Shown here: piece by piece, positions 36,762 to 48,496 of the stretch
Layout of the letters: each line of letters starts with the position of its first letter
Numbering within the stretch: position 1 is the first letter of the stretch
Source of the DNA: Macrostomum lignano
Taxonomy: Eukaryota
Direction: 5' to 3'
DNA: 64,000 nt
Assembly: GCA_002269645.1 (NCBI GenBank)
Contig: NIVC01001340.1
Location: 186,001-250,000, forward strand
Translations under genes and position numbers: made by a program
Notes under the pieces: generated by a model
Databases searched by the model: none
Told to the model about the DNA's origin: nothing
What the model saw: the letters and a program-made list of their open reading frames with translations, nothing else

Positions 36762-39700
36762 CTTAAAAAAAGGCATTTTTAAGGAGAGGATGTGTGTGTG
36801 TCTATGAAACAGGTAAGGATAAAGCGACTATGAGGTAATTTAAGTCCAGCATAGGAACAGTGGTTAAAGATTTCAAATTTGCAAACCACCGGAAAAAAAT
36901 AATTTAATTTAAAAGAGTCTGTATCGGCCAGAGAAACGAATATTGGATTGTTCTACTTTTTTCAGTAGCAAAATTAGCGTTTTTTGCTATTTTATTGTAG
37001 CAGAGCACATATGCTTTTGCGCTACTATAGGTAGTTTTAGCTTGGTAAATAAATATGGCAGGAATAGATCGAGGAGTTGGGGAGTTCTTTACAATTACAA
37101 ATATCTAGCAGTTGAAGTTCGGGGGAGAGAAAGCGGGGAGCTCTTCAGCCGGCCCAGAAGCAATTCTAACTTAGAAAAATAAAAGGGTAAGACCGGGAAT
37201 AAGAATAGGGAATACATAAAACTGTTAGTGCTAGTCTATGCCGTAACAGTGCACAACGGTAGTCAATGTCTAATTTTGCACCAAATTAAGGAATAGTATT
37301 TTTAAGACCTATTGCATGCTCAATTCGATTTTTATTGTTTTACATATTTCAAGTAAAATTTTCTTGGATGTCCATCTTTCAAGATGTAGCTACTAGCTAC
37401 TAGAAATCAGGGAATAACAGGCACCTGGTGGCAGAAATCTACCAACTAAACCAGTAGTCCACTAAGAATAAAGTAGTATAATAAACCAGTAGCCTTACCC
37501 GCGGGCTCACGACTTCATTTTAGTGATTTTATCGCAGTTTATATTATAATGGTTCGATCTGTATGTATAATGTCACATAAAAATGTGCAATTTTGACCTT
37601 TAAACCCCACAGATCTCGGAGCACTTAACTACGATGTCATTTGGCGTACAGAAAGAGACGGTTGGTACCTTGTGTCCATTTATAGAGCTTTCGTGCAATT
37701 TGCCCAAAATAGACCAACTATTACCACAAGAGAAAGCAGTTTTATTATTCTGCTTTAAAGGTGAGAAAGTCTTGTCCTGTTTCGAGTTTTTTAATGGATT
37801 GCTCCACTCGCACATTTAACTCTAAAAAACACAGTCTAAACAAAGGCATTGAAAATTGCAGGACAAAAAGCATGCGCGCCTTATAAGCGATGAACAGGCA
37901 TCGGCGCTCATGGCTTTTAAGAGGCAGTAGCTGGTCAAAGCTGAAGCCGAAGAAGCTCAGGCCAAAGGCATAAGCGGCAAGGAGATGCTTGCTTTTGGGA
38001 TGGTCATTTGTTTCGGCGAGGGAAACGCTAACCGACAGGATGTAGAATGCAATTTTACATTGCAGGAGGTGCGGCAATGGGCCGAGCACCCTGAGAATAA
38101 ACTATGGGTGAGCTTCCAACAGTGACACTTTGTTTTTTTTATCGACTAAAGTCGTTAATAAACATTACATGTTCCATTAATCAACCCGCATAAACTTATG
38201 ATAGTCAGTTTCTAGGACAGTTACAATTCACAGAAAGGTCCCTTTCAAATAGTGTGCTTTGTGGTAGGGCGAACTACCACTGGACTTTGACGGCTTACCT
38301 TACATGACTCACGCAGTGACGTAAATTTTTTTTCGGTGTTGGTCGTCCCGCCTTTGGCCCTTTTGGTAGTTTTCCCCGTCCCCCTGCTGGCCCATCTTTT
38401 GCCCCTTCCGTTGGCCCGTCTGTTGGCCTCGTTTTCCCGTTCCCTGGTTCTTCTTGGGTTTTCTGTGCCTTTTCCGTTGCCCCATCTGTTGCCCCAAGCA
38501 CCGGTTTAATATTTTTCCCGTCATATTTATATGGCTCGGAACGGGCCGCACCGTTTGCATGCCTTGCCTCTCCTCTCCTTTTTGTGCTTTGCCTGTTCCT
38601 TTTCTTTAGCGTTTAGTTTTGTTACTCAGTTGTATATACCCACGCGACTTTAACTTCATTAGCTTGCGTAAACTTGTTTAACCTTCATTAACCATATTTA
38701 CTCCGCACCACGGTACAGCCGGAACTCTCGTTCGTAGCCAGCGAACGGCCAATTTTATTTTAATAATATCTAATAAAAACATTAATCAATATTTATTCGT
38801 TTAATTCACTAAGCCCATTGCTTTAAATTGAGTTATTTGCCCGTGAGGCGTAAACAACCAAAAGTTTCTAATATCAAAGAAAGCTCTGAGAATTCAACGT
38901 TCCGTAATACGTAAATTACGGTGGTGGCAGCGCTACTCTACTAATAGTAACCAGCGAAGCATTTCGACGTACATTGAACTTCGGTGTCTAGGACCCAATT
39001 GGAACGACCGTGTCTAACGAAGACCGCTCGACTGCGATTACGACTACCCTCCCCCCGGAACTGAGGACCCGGCAGACGGAGTATTTAGGAGGAACACCTT
39101 TGAGATTCGACTGCACGATTTTCCGGAATTCTTCGTGCGAACTCAACGCCGGCGGCATTTCAAATTCGTCAACCCGCCCAAGTCTCAAAGAATTTTGCTG
39201 CTCTTCCTCCGCCCCCACCTCAGCTTTAAAGATCAGATAATTTTGTTAAGCCAGCCAAAGCTCAACTGCCGTAGGACGCTGCAAGTCCATTCATCAAGTT
39301 TAAGTATGGCAGCTTCGAAGGTATGTTCCGTGGACATAGGACTCGGTTCAGCGAGTTCTTACACAATGTCACATGTACGTGCGTTCGTGCGTTCATTTAA
39401 ACAAAATTAAGTATTGCTGTTCCTTAATTTTGAAAAAAATTTACAAACAATTCTTTTGTCTGCTTTTTACTTCTTATCGCTGCGAGTCAGCGAACTCTTC
39501 CCAATTCTTATTATTGTGACCTAGCGAATGTACAATCGACAAGCGAGGGATATTTATGTATATTTAGTCATAAATTATTTACACTAATAAAGAATGTCTT
39601 TAATCTTTATTTTCCTTATTGTCAGAAATTATTAATTTATATTCATAATATCATTTGTAATGCATCTGGTTTGCAGGGCGTGATGCACTTTGGCGCAGGC

Positions 39701-41084
39701 TGGGGGGGGGTGTTGGCGGCCGAGCTTTGTGCGTGCCCCTTCCCAGCCGTGCGGCCCCTCCCCCCTAGACGGGGTTTTGATTGGCTGGCCGGTGCGGCCG
39801 TCTGCCCCCCCTTCAGGCCTGTGTGGTATTTATTAGTTTGCGCTGGTTTTTTTGCTCAAGCCCGCTGGGTTTTCCCGTTCCCCTCGTACTGCAACCTTGA
39901 GAAGAGAGTTGTTTAGCTTCTAATAAGACATTTAGTTCTAACAAAGTTTCAAGTTGTACGGCACCACAAATAAGTCGACAATGACCCAGAAGGGCAAGAG
40001 CAAGTAAGAAGCCAGCTTAAACGCACATCTGATAACTCGGCCACTGGTAAGACGCCCTGCTTGAGTTCAGTCTTTTCTGGGAAGCTTGGTAGGCTGCAGG
40101 GAATTCCTGTCAGAGCGTCACAACGCTGGGAGAGCGGACCCCGCGTACCATACTTACCTCTATCATACTTTAGCACAGTATAAACATCAGAGAGTTTCAC
40201 AACACCTCTGGAGCAACGCTAATTCTGAGCGCCATCACGCCAGAACGAGCAAATTCCCTACCCAGAGCGTCATAACGCCTGTCAGTAGTAGTATCGCATT
40301 GGCAGAGTGTCACAACGCCTGCTGGTACAACCTTAGAGTACCTGGGCTGGGCACCCGAACCAACCCGCGTTGACTACACATTTATGAATGACCTCTCTAT
40401 GAATGGCTCTCTCTCTCTTGGCTGGCGCTGATAAACAGTTGGCGGCTGACCGTCTGTATCACACTCCTTCCAGAGTAAGCGGCATGTACGTGCAATTTTT
40501 TGGCAAGCCGCTAACGCGTGGTGGAACGTGTTAAATTTTTTCTCAACTTTTGCTATATTCTTCATGCTGTTTCTGTTTGTGTTGTTTTATTTGACTTTTA
40601 TTTTTATCTTTTTTACTATTCGTACAGTAGTAGTAAGGTAGTATACGTTCAATGCTTTCAAAATTTTAATTTTAATTAATTTTCATTCGGGTCAATGTCC
40701 ACTACATGTATATCGAACTGAAACTTAATATTTTTATTTTATAACTTCTTTCGCCAGGATATCTGTCCAGTTCGTGTCAACTGTGTGGTGGGGTGTGGCA
40801 TGTGTAGCGTGTGTATGGGTTGTTGGTGCTGAGTTGGTTTGTGCATGTTTTGGGGTTGCGCTGCTCTGGCTATTTTTATCTTCTGTCTGTACTTTCGTTT
40901 GTGCGAACACTGTCGCGTACTAATTCATACATACTCAAATTGCTACTTTGTGTTTTTAGTCCCTTTATTAAGCCTTAGTCCCTTAAGTATATAAGTCGCT
41001 ACAGTAGCTACAGTATATAGTAGGTTTTTGGGCTAGTACCATCGTAAGTCAAGCTGTTTCACTGGCGCTGGGACCAGCGAGAGC

Positions 41085-42060
41085 AGCAAGACGGAGGATG
41101 TCTCGATCTCCGAGACGCTAGACGACCCTTTTGCAACTTTGCGGCGCTTGAAATGCCAGCCTGCGCTGAGCTCGACCTGTACACCAGGGATGACCTATGC
41201 AACTGCGGCATCGCTCCCTGGGAGGCCCACACGGACAGGGTCCAGTTCTGTCTGGAGGCAGCCTCCAGGTGTAGCAAGACTGATCCACCTGCCGACCAAA
41301 GTGCAGCCGCCCACGGCATCCTCGAGGCCCTATCCGTAGCCGACATCAGCGCATGGACCGACGGCTCGGTTGTAGACGGCACAGGACCGGAAGGCAGCGC
41401 CGCCATTATCTGTACCAAACTAGTTACCTTCGTCCGAAAAAAACCCGGCCGGCCGTTTCTGCAGCTCCTTCGACGCCGAGATGCGCGCCACCAAGGACGC
41501 CCTCACCTTCGTCGCGGAGAAGGTCGGTCCTCGCGCAGCCCGCATCCGGCTGTGTAGCGACTCGCTCTCGTCGCTCATTGCCCTGCAAGCGGGCCCCCTG
41601 GATCACCGCACTGAGAGCGGCCTCTCCTGCTGGCGTCTCCTCATCAACCTGGGCACCCGCGAACGCAACGACATCGACCTCACTTGGGTCCCTGCCCACT
41701 GCGGCATACCCGCCAATGAAGCCGCGGACAGAGCTGCAAATGCCGCAGCCCGCCTGCCGCAAACATCGGCGGCCATTTCGCTCAGTGCCGCCAAGGCCGC
41801 AATTCGCCGAGACCGCCGTGCGCTTGACGACAGCGTCATGCCACCGGCCTGGCCGACTTTCCACGCCAGGATCCGGGCCGAGCACACGGCGGCCTGCCAA
41901 CTTCGAGCCGGTGCTTCCATGCTGGCCGCCGAGATCCGACATCGATTCGGCCTGACGGACTCCCCGCTCTGTCAAGACTGCGGGGCACCGGACTCCAGTA
42001 CACACGCAATCTTCAACCCCGAGGGGGGACGCGCGCCGCCTAAGCCTTGTCGGCACTGAA
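41085..42060 (+). mobile_element. 3' fragment of an RNase H-bearing non-LTR retrotransposon (I/Ingi-like), frameshifted
   Basis: AWTDGS, CSSFDAEM, CSDSLS and WVPAHCGIPANEAAD RNase H motifs plus a C-x2-C-x7-H tail. Frameshift near the A-run at about 41437-41443. Confidence 0.85.
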
Positions 42061-42139
42061 GTGGAGCGCCTCCTCGCCGAGCCGGGCTTGGCTCTGTCGC
42101 TCCTACGAAGCATGGGGCGTTGGCCCCTGTCTGTTTCGG

Positions 42140-42575
42140 CACCGCTGCGCCGCTAGAGGAGCGCTGAAGAAGAAGACGGAGGATTCAGTTCTCAAGATTC
42201 AGCAAGGAAAAGCACTGGATCAGATCAGACAGGTGCCTGTCGACAAGGCAAATGTCCCAAAAATGTCCGTTCATCGACAAGCAGTGTTTCCGGTGCCAGA
42301 AAAATGGACACACAGCCAGGGCTTGCAGAGAAATCAGCCTCAGCAGGTGGTCAATCAAGTTTTTGAGGCGAGAACCATCAAGACGAGCCGTACTCTCTGC
42401 ACCAACTTGGTTCCGCACCCACACGCAGCGAAACTGTGCCCCCGATAATCACAACAGTTTTCATCGACGGACGCCCGTGTCTGATGGAGGTGGACACCAG
42501 GACTTCTGTGTCGCTGAGTTCGGAGCGCACCTATAAGGATGTCCTGCACCGCGGCCTCAAGTTAAGCCTATCAAC
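42140..42575 (+). mobile_element. Ty3/Gypsy gag-protease fragment
   Basis: Zinc knuckle CFRCQKNGHTARAC followed by protease-like IDGRPCLMEVDT. Frames are broken. Confidence 0.7.
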
Positions 42576-42608
42576 TTCACAGCTAACCACACACTCATTT
42601 GTTTAATC

Positions 42609-43088
42609 AGAGGGTCATCTGTCCAGTTCGTGTCATTCCTTTATCTGCATAGTGTCATTTGTCCGACCAGAGGGTCATCTGTCCAGTTCGTGTCATTCCT
42701 TTATCTGCATAGTGTCATTTGTCCGACCAGAGGGTCATCTGTCCAGTTCGTGTCATTCCTTTATCTGCATAGTGTCATTTGTCCGACCAGAGGGTCATCT
42801 GTCCAGTTCGTGTCATTCCTTTATCTGCATAGTGTCATTTGTCCGACCAGAGGGTCATCTGTCCAGTTCGTGTCATTCCTTTATCTGCATAGTGTCATTT
42901 GTCCGACCAGAGGGTCATCTGTCCAGTTCGTGTCATTCCTTTATCTGCATAGTGTCATTTGTCCGACCAGAGGGTCATCTGTCCAGTTCGTGTCATTCCT
43001 TTATCTGCATAGTGTCATTTGTCCGACCAGAGGGTCATCTGTCCAGTTCGTGTCATTCCTTTATCTGCATAGTGTCATTTGTCCGACA
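42609..43088. repeat. Perfect 60-bp tandem repeat x8
   Basis: The lines at 42661-43080 are identical. Confidence 0.97.
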
Positions 43089-43709
43089 GGTCATCTGTTT
43101 AGTTCGTATCATTGCCTGATCTATAGCCCCCCCCCCCCCCCCCCCCTAGGCTGAGTTTCGTCCGTCTTGCGTTCACTGGAGTTAAAAGCTTGCTGTTTAT
43201 CCTTAGCCCCATATGCTCCTGAGGCCACAAACCCTGAGGAAGGAAAGTACATTTTAGCTGCCAAAATATTTAGGTGACGCTGCGCAGACAAACTACTACT
43301 GGAAGAGAAGACGCACTACTTTTTAACTAGTTTGTGTAGCATATCTGGAAATTTTATGAGCTAGTATACGTGATAGCGGCAAGAGAACGGCACGAAGTGT
43401 CCAGAGATTGAATGTCCAATTTGTACTTTTAAAACCCGTAGTTTTACACCGAGAAGCGCACACAACTCCAGCCCTAATATGCGGTTGTTTATAGCTCGTA
43501 CATGTACTTCAAAGAAGTAGCTATCAAAACAAACTTTGCATCATTCCGCACAGTGTTCCAGTCTACTCGCTCTTCCACGGTTCCAATTTTTGTCTGGCAC
43601 TCAAGCAGCACACCTGAAGCAGCTCAATATTGAGCTTCAATTATCTCACACTCAGTAGTTTTATTAGTTTCTGCTTTTTTAGCAATACACCAGAGCCAGA
43701 GACATTTAC

Positions 43710-44084
43710 CTGGAACAGGGCAATAAGCGGTCCATAGTAGATCAGCCTCGCCCATTCGTCAGCATGCGGCGCACAAGGTATCGGATTAAATATGAATGGG
43801 AAGCTAATTAATACGCAGAAGCTGCCAACAGCGTGCCAAGTTTTGCGCCGGCCGTAGCCACGAAAGCCACCAGGACTGGTTCTGTCCGACTCTAAGCCGA
43901 CAAACGTGGTGCCGAGCCCATCAGCCAGCTGACCAATTATCATCAGATTGCCGGCGTTACCCATTGAGAATTTCAGCACATTCATCATGTAGGTAATGAG
44001 GTAGGTGAACCAAATCGAAGCGCACAGATCGTTGAACACGTGACCGAAGCCGAACACAATGCGTTGAAGACGAGTGAGGGCCAT
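43710..44084 (-). CDS. MFSD12: MFSD12-like exon 1
   Basis: GFGHVFNDLCASIWFTYL...GQLADGLGTTFVG..SDR...YGRRKTWH. Donor CAG|GTAAAT, 125 codons. Confidence 0.9.
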
Positions 44085-44289
44085 GTTTGTGTTTGATTGG
44101 TTGCACGATTATTGAAGAGGCGGGTTCACATCTGCAGGTTGTGAAGCACAGCGGTTTGTGAAGTAGCATAGCTTGACCTAACAGACTAACAGACTAAATG
44201 CTTTACTAACTAATCCAGACAATTCAGAGCGAAATTCTCGGGCAGTCAAAACCGAAAATTCTCTAAGAATCTCAGACAAAGACGCACCA

Positions 44290-44895
44290 ATTTCGGATAA
44301 GACCACTTTCCGACAAAGACCTACCAATCTCGGATAAGACCACTCTCAGACAAAGACCGACCAATCTCGGACAAGACCACTCTCAGACAAAGACCGACCA
44401 ATCTCGGATAAGACCACTCTCCGACAAAGACCGACCAATCTCGGATAAGACCACTCTCCGACAAAGACCGACCAATCTCGGACAAGACCACTCTCAGACA
44501 AAGACCGACCAATCTCGGACAAGACCACTCTCAGACAAAGACCGACCAATCTCGGATAAGACCACTCTCCGACAAAGACCTACCAATCTCGGAAAAGAGC
44601 ACTCTCAGACAAAGACGGACCAATTAGTAGAAAGACGAACCTATCTCAGACAAAGACCGACTAATCTCGGACAAAAGACCCACCAATTTCGAATAAAACC
44701 ACTCTCCGACAAAGACCCACCAATCTCGGACAGGATCATCACTCTCGGACTAGACCACTCTCGGACACACCAATCTCGGACAAAGACCACTCTTGGACAA
44801 AGACCTACCAATCTCGGACAAGACCATTCTGAGACAAAGACCGACCAATTAGTAGAAAGACCAACCAATCTCAGACAAAGACCCACCAATTTTAG
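44290..44895. repeat. About 37-bp minisatellite upstream of MFSD12
   Basis: CCAATCTCGGATAAGACCACTCTCCGACAAAGACCGA variants. Confidence 0.9.
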
Positions 44896-45264
44896 ATAAA
44901 GACAGTCGAAAGATCAATAATAAAAAAGACGGGTCAAATTACGCGAGAAACAGGAAATCTGTGAGAACCCACAAAGTGAGACAAAGATTGACGTTACCTA
45001 TCTAAGAAAGATTGAACAGCTGCCAATCACTACTATTAATGTTAGCTAGTGTTTTAGTAAAAAAAAAATAAAGCTCTTAAGGCATAGAATACGAGACACA
45101 AGACGTCAAGCATTATTTTGGGTTTTTTTTTAAATACAACGTTATTCAGTATTGGAACGCAGTACAAATAGTGACATTTATAGAGCAATATATTCATATT
45201 GAAGTTTAATTACAACAAAATCTGCTATACGCTCGTAAAAGATTTAAAGCCACATAAAATGGGG

Positions 45265-45800
45265 GGTGGGGTGGCTGCCCAATCAGCAGGTTGGAGGGTG
45301 GGGTGGCTGCCCAATCAACAGTTTGGGGGTGGGGTGGCTGCCTAATCAGCAGTTTGGGGGTGGGGTGGCTGCCAAATCAGCAGGTTGGAGGGTGGGGTGG
45401 CTGCCCAATAAACAGTTTGAGGGTGGGGTGGCTGCCCAATCAGCAGTCTGGGGGTGGGGTGGTTGCCCAATCAGCAGGTTGGAGGGTGGGGTAGCTGCCC
45501 AGGGTGGGGTGGCTGCCCAATCAGCAGTTTGGGGGTGGGGGGCTGCCCAATCAGCAGTTTGGGGGTGGGGGCTGCCCAATCAGCAGTTTGGGGGTGGGGG
45601 GCTGCCCAATCAGCAGGTTGGAGGGTGGGGTAGCTGCCCAGGGTGGGCTGGCTGCCCAATCAGCAGTTTGGGGTGGGGTAGCTGCCCAGGGTGGGCTGGC
45701 TGCCAAATCAGCAGATTTGAGGGTGAGGTGGCTGCCCAATCAGCAGGTTGGAGGGTGAGGTGGCTGTCTAATCAGCAGGTTGGAGGGTGGTGTGGCTGCA
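45265..45800. repeat. G-rich minisatellite (GGGGTGGCTGCCCAATCAGCAG..)n
   Basis: Read directly. Confidence 0.9.
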
Positions 45801-46189
45801 CATGAACAGCAAAGCGCAGTGACGCATATCTCCAGCAACACAGCTAAAAATGAACAAGGCAGAGTACAACATCAGATTAAAAATGAAGTCACGTGTACTT
45901 ATAAAATTCGATCAACAACAGCGCCTCATAGTGAATAGGTCCAGGAACTTTACCCGCAAAATTTATAATACAACAGTCACTAATCAAATATACAAACGAA
46001 TTTATACCGCTCAGCTAAGCAAGATAGTTGGCGATCTCTGCTAACCTACTGTCAGTAGCAATCATAAAATATTCACATAGAAATTTGATAACTGCAAAAT
46101 TTCGAAATTCAAGACAGGAAACAAAAATTACGGGGCACACGTGTAACGACATCAAATGAATAAGCAATCTTACTAGCAAGTGTCACTGT

Positions 46190-46369
46190 TCAAATCACGG
46201 TTGACGAATCTGAGGAAAGCGAAGCGCCAGAAGAATCGCCCAGCTTAATGAACCGGTTGATGCCCAGCTGGCTGGCGTGCTGGTTTAGAAATTCGCTCAC
46301 CGAATCGGGCGAAGCCGCCTCGGGGCTGGACAGGAACTGGGAGACGAGTTCCAGCTGCTGCTTTTTGTC
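46190..46369 (-). CDS. CNKSR: CNK-like gene, last coding exon
   Basis: Acceptor ATCCAG, 60 codons (DKKQQLELVSQFLSSP...TVI*), in phase with the preceding exon. Confidence 0.65.
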   Translation of the reverse strand, partial: DKKQQLELVSQFLSSPEAASPDSVSEFLNQHASQLGINRFIKLGDSSGASLSSDSSTVI

Positions 46370-46424
46370 CTGGATTAGGGTAGGCAGAGGCAGTTTTGCT
46401 GGTTATTGGTGGCTGATCTGGGAG

Positions 46425-46985
46425 ACTGACTGGGGATATTGGAGACTGACTGGGGATATTGGAGACTGACTGGGGATATTGGAGACTGACTGGGGATCTG
46501 GGAGACTGATTGGGGATCTTGAAGACTGACTGGGGGTCTTAGAGAGTGGATGGGGATCTGGGAGACTGACTGGGGATCTGGGAGACTGACTGGGGATCTG
46601 GGAGACTGACTGGGGATCTGGGAGACTGACTGGGGGTCTTAGAGAGTGGATGGGGATCTGGGAGACTGACTATGGATATTGGAGACTGACTGGGGATATT
46701 GGAGACTGACTGGGGGTCTTAGAGAGTGGATGGGGATCTGGGAGACTGACTATGGATATTGGAGACTGACTGGGGATATTGGAGACTGATTGGGGATCTG
46801 GGAGACTGAGTGGGGATCTGGGAGACTGACTGGGGATCTGGGAGACTGACTGGGGATCTGGGAGACTGGCTGGGGATCTGGGAGACTGGGATTTGGGTGA
46901 CTAACTGAAGATATGGGGAGAGTAGATGGGGATCTGAGAGACTACTGGGGATCTGGGAGACTGACTGGGGGAGTGGTTGGGGATC
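46425..46985. repeat. 20-bp minisatellite (CTGGGAGACTGACTGGGGAT)n
   Basis: Read directly. Confidence 0.95.
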
Positions 46986-47028
46986 TCAAATTCTCTCACT
47001 GAGGCACAATGGAAGTCGCCAGCCTCAC

Positions 47029-47751
47029 CTGGATCTCCCTTTCCAGCCGTTTAGCCCGCATCACCTTGCGGAGCAGTTCGCTCTCCCGCTTGTTGCCGAC
47101 GCCGCCAACAATGGCGCCCTCTAGGATCTGCGTCATCGGCCGGTAGGCCACCGAGCCAGCTGACGACCGCGCCTGCACTCCGGTGGGCGACTCCGACTGA
47201 GACGACGAAGCCGTCGACGTCGCCAACACCGGAAGGTGTCGGGGCGGCGGCGGAGGTGGCGGCGGATCGCGTCGCGGCACCAGCGGAGAATTTCGCGCCG
47301 ACGAAGCGGCGCCAGATTTCGACAGTCGCGGCGGCACAGGCGGAGGCAGCGAAGCGGTCGAGCCCGACACCAAAGAGGCCGCTGACATCATTGAGAATTC
47401 GGCATCGTCGACAGTTTCAACTGTAGACGACATTGTCAGAGTCGAGTGGGTCGACAGCGAAGGCGACGCGGTGATCGAGTGTCCAGCTGCCGATGTCGAT
47501 GACGGAGCGATGGCGACGAACGGCGGGTCGAAGCCGGCGATGCGCTGGTTGTCGGCCACCTTGTAGCCGATGGTGGCCAGCGCCAGGCAGTTCACCCACT
47601 TGGTGCGGTCGCTTTCGATGTCGGCAGCGAAGGTGAAGGTGGTCTGCACCGCCCGGTTCTCGATGTGAAAGGGGTACTTCTGGCCTCTCTCTGACTCGGC
47701 GAAGGTCACCGTCAGGTGAGGCATGTTGATTAGGCCTTCAGCGTGCTCCTC
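47029..47751 (-). CDS. CNKSR: CNK-like exon: second half of PH domain + Pro/Ser-rich region
   Basis: EEHAEGLINMP...KYPFHI...FTFAAD..SDRTKWVNCLALATIGY matches the CNK/IPCEF1 PH domain. Confidence 0.85.
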
Positions 47752-47964
47752 CTGGGTGTTTTAGGGGGGGGGGGGAGGGGCTCTTCATGTTCTACTTATA
47801 ATTCGATACATATCGGTGCTGCAAAAAATAAGTTTACTAGCTGACACTGCCAGAAGTCAATATAAACTGAGTGTTAGGTTGTCAGGAGAAACTAATGGTA
47901 TGTCAAGCGGTCAAATAGAGCTGTCGGTGTGTCAGGAGAATTTGACAGTTTATGAGGATAATAT

Positions 47965-48495
47965 AACTGTGTCGAGAGAATCTGACGTTGTGTCAGGAGA
48001 ATCTGACGGTGTGTCAGGAGAATCTGACAGTGTGTCAGGAGAATCTGACACGGTGTGTCAGGAGAATCTGACGGTGTGTCAGGAGAATCTGACACGGTGT
48101 GTCAGGAGAATCTGACGGTGTGTCAGGAGAATCTGACACGGTGTGTCAAGAGAATCTGACGGTGTGTCAGTAGAATATGACGGTGTGTCAGTAGAATATG
48201 ATGGTGTGTCAGGAGAATCTGACACGGTGTGTCAGGAGAATCTGACACGGTGTGTCAGGAGAATCTGACACGGTGTGTCAGGAGAATCTGACACGGTGTG
48301 TCAGGAGAATCTGACACGGTGTGTCAGGAGAATCTGACGGTGTGTCAGTAGAATATGATGGTGTGTCAGGAGAATCTGACGGTGTGTCAGTAGAATATGA
48401 TGGTGTGTCAGGAGAATCTGACGGTGTGTCAGTAGAATATGATGGTGTGTCAGGAGAATCTGACGGTGTGTCAGTAGAATATGATGGTCTGTCAG
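47965..48495. repeat. 21-22-bp minisatellite (TGACGGTGTGTCAGGAGAATC)n
   Basis: Read directly. The repeat resumes briefly after the LINE at 50265. Confidence 0.95.
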
Positions 48496-48496
48496 G

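Noticed and set aside
32845-43088. 53-bp and 60-bp arrays as CRISPR-like arrays
   Set aside because: The units are contiguous with no unique spacers, there are no cas genes, and the context is eukaryotic.
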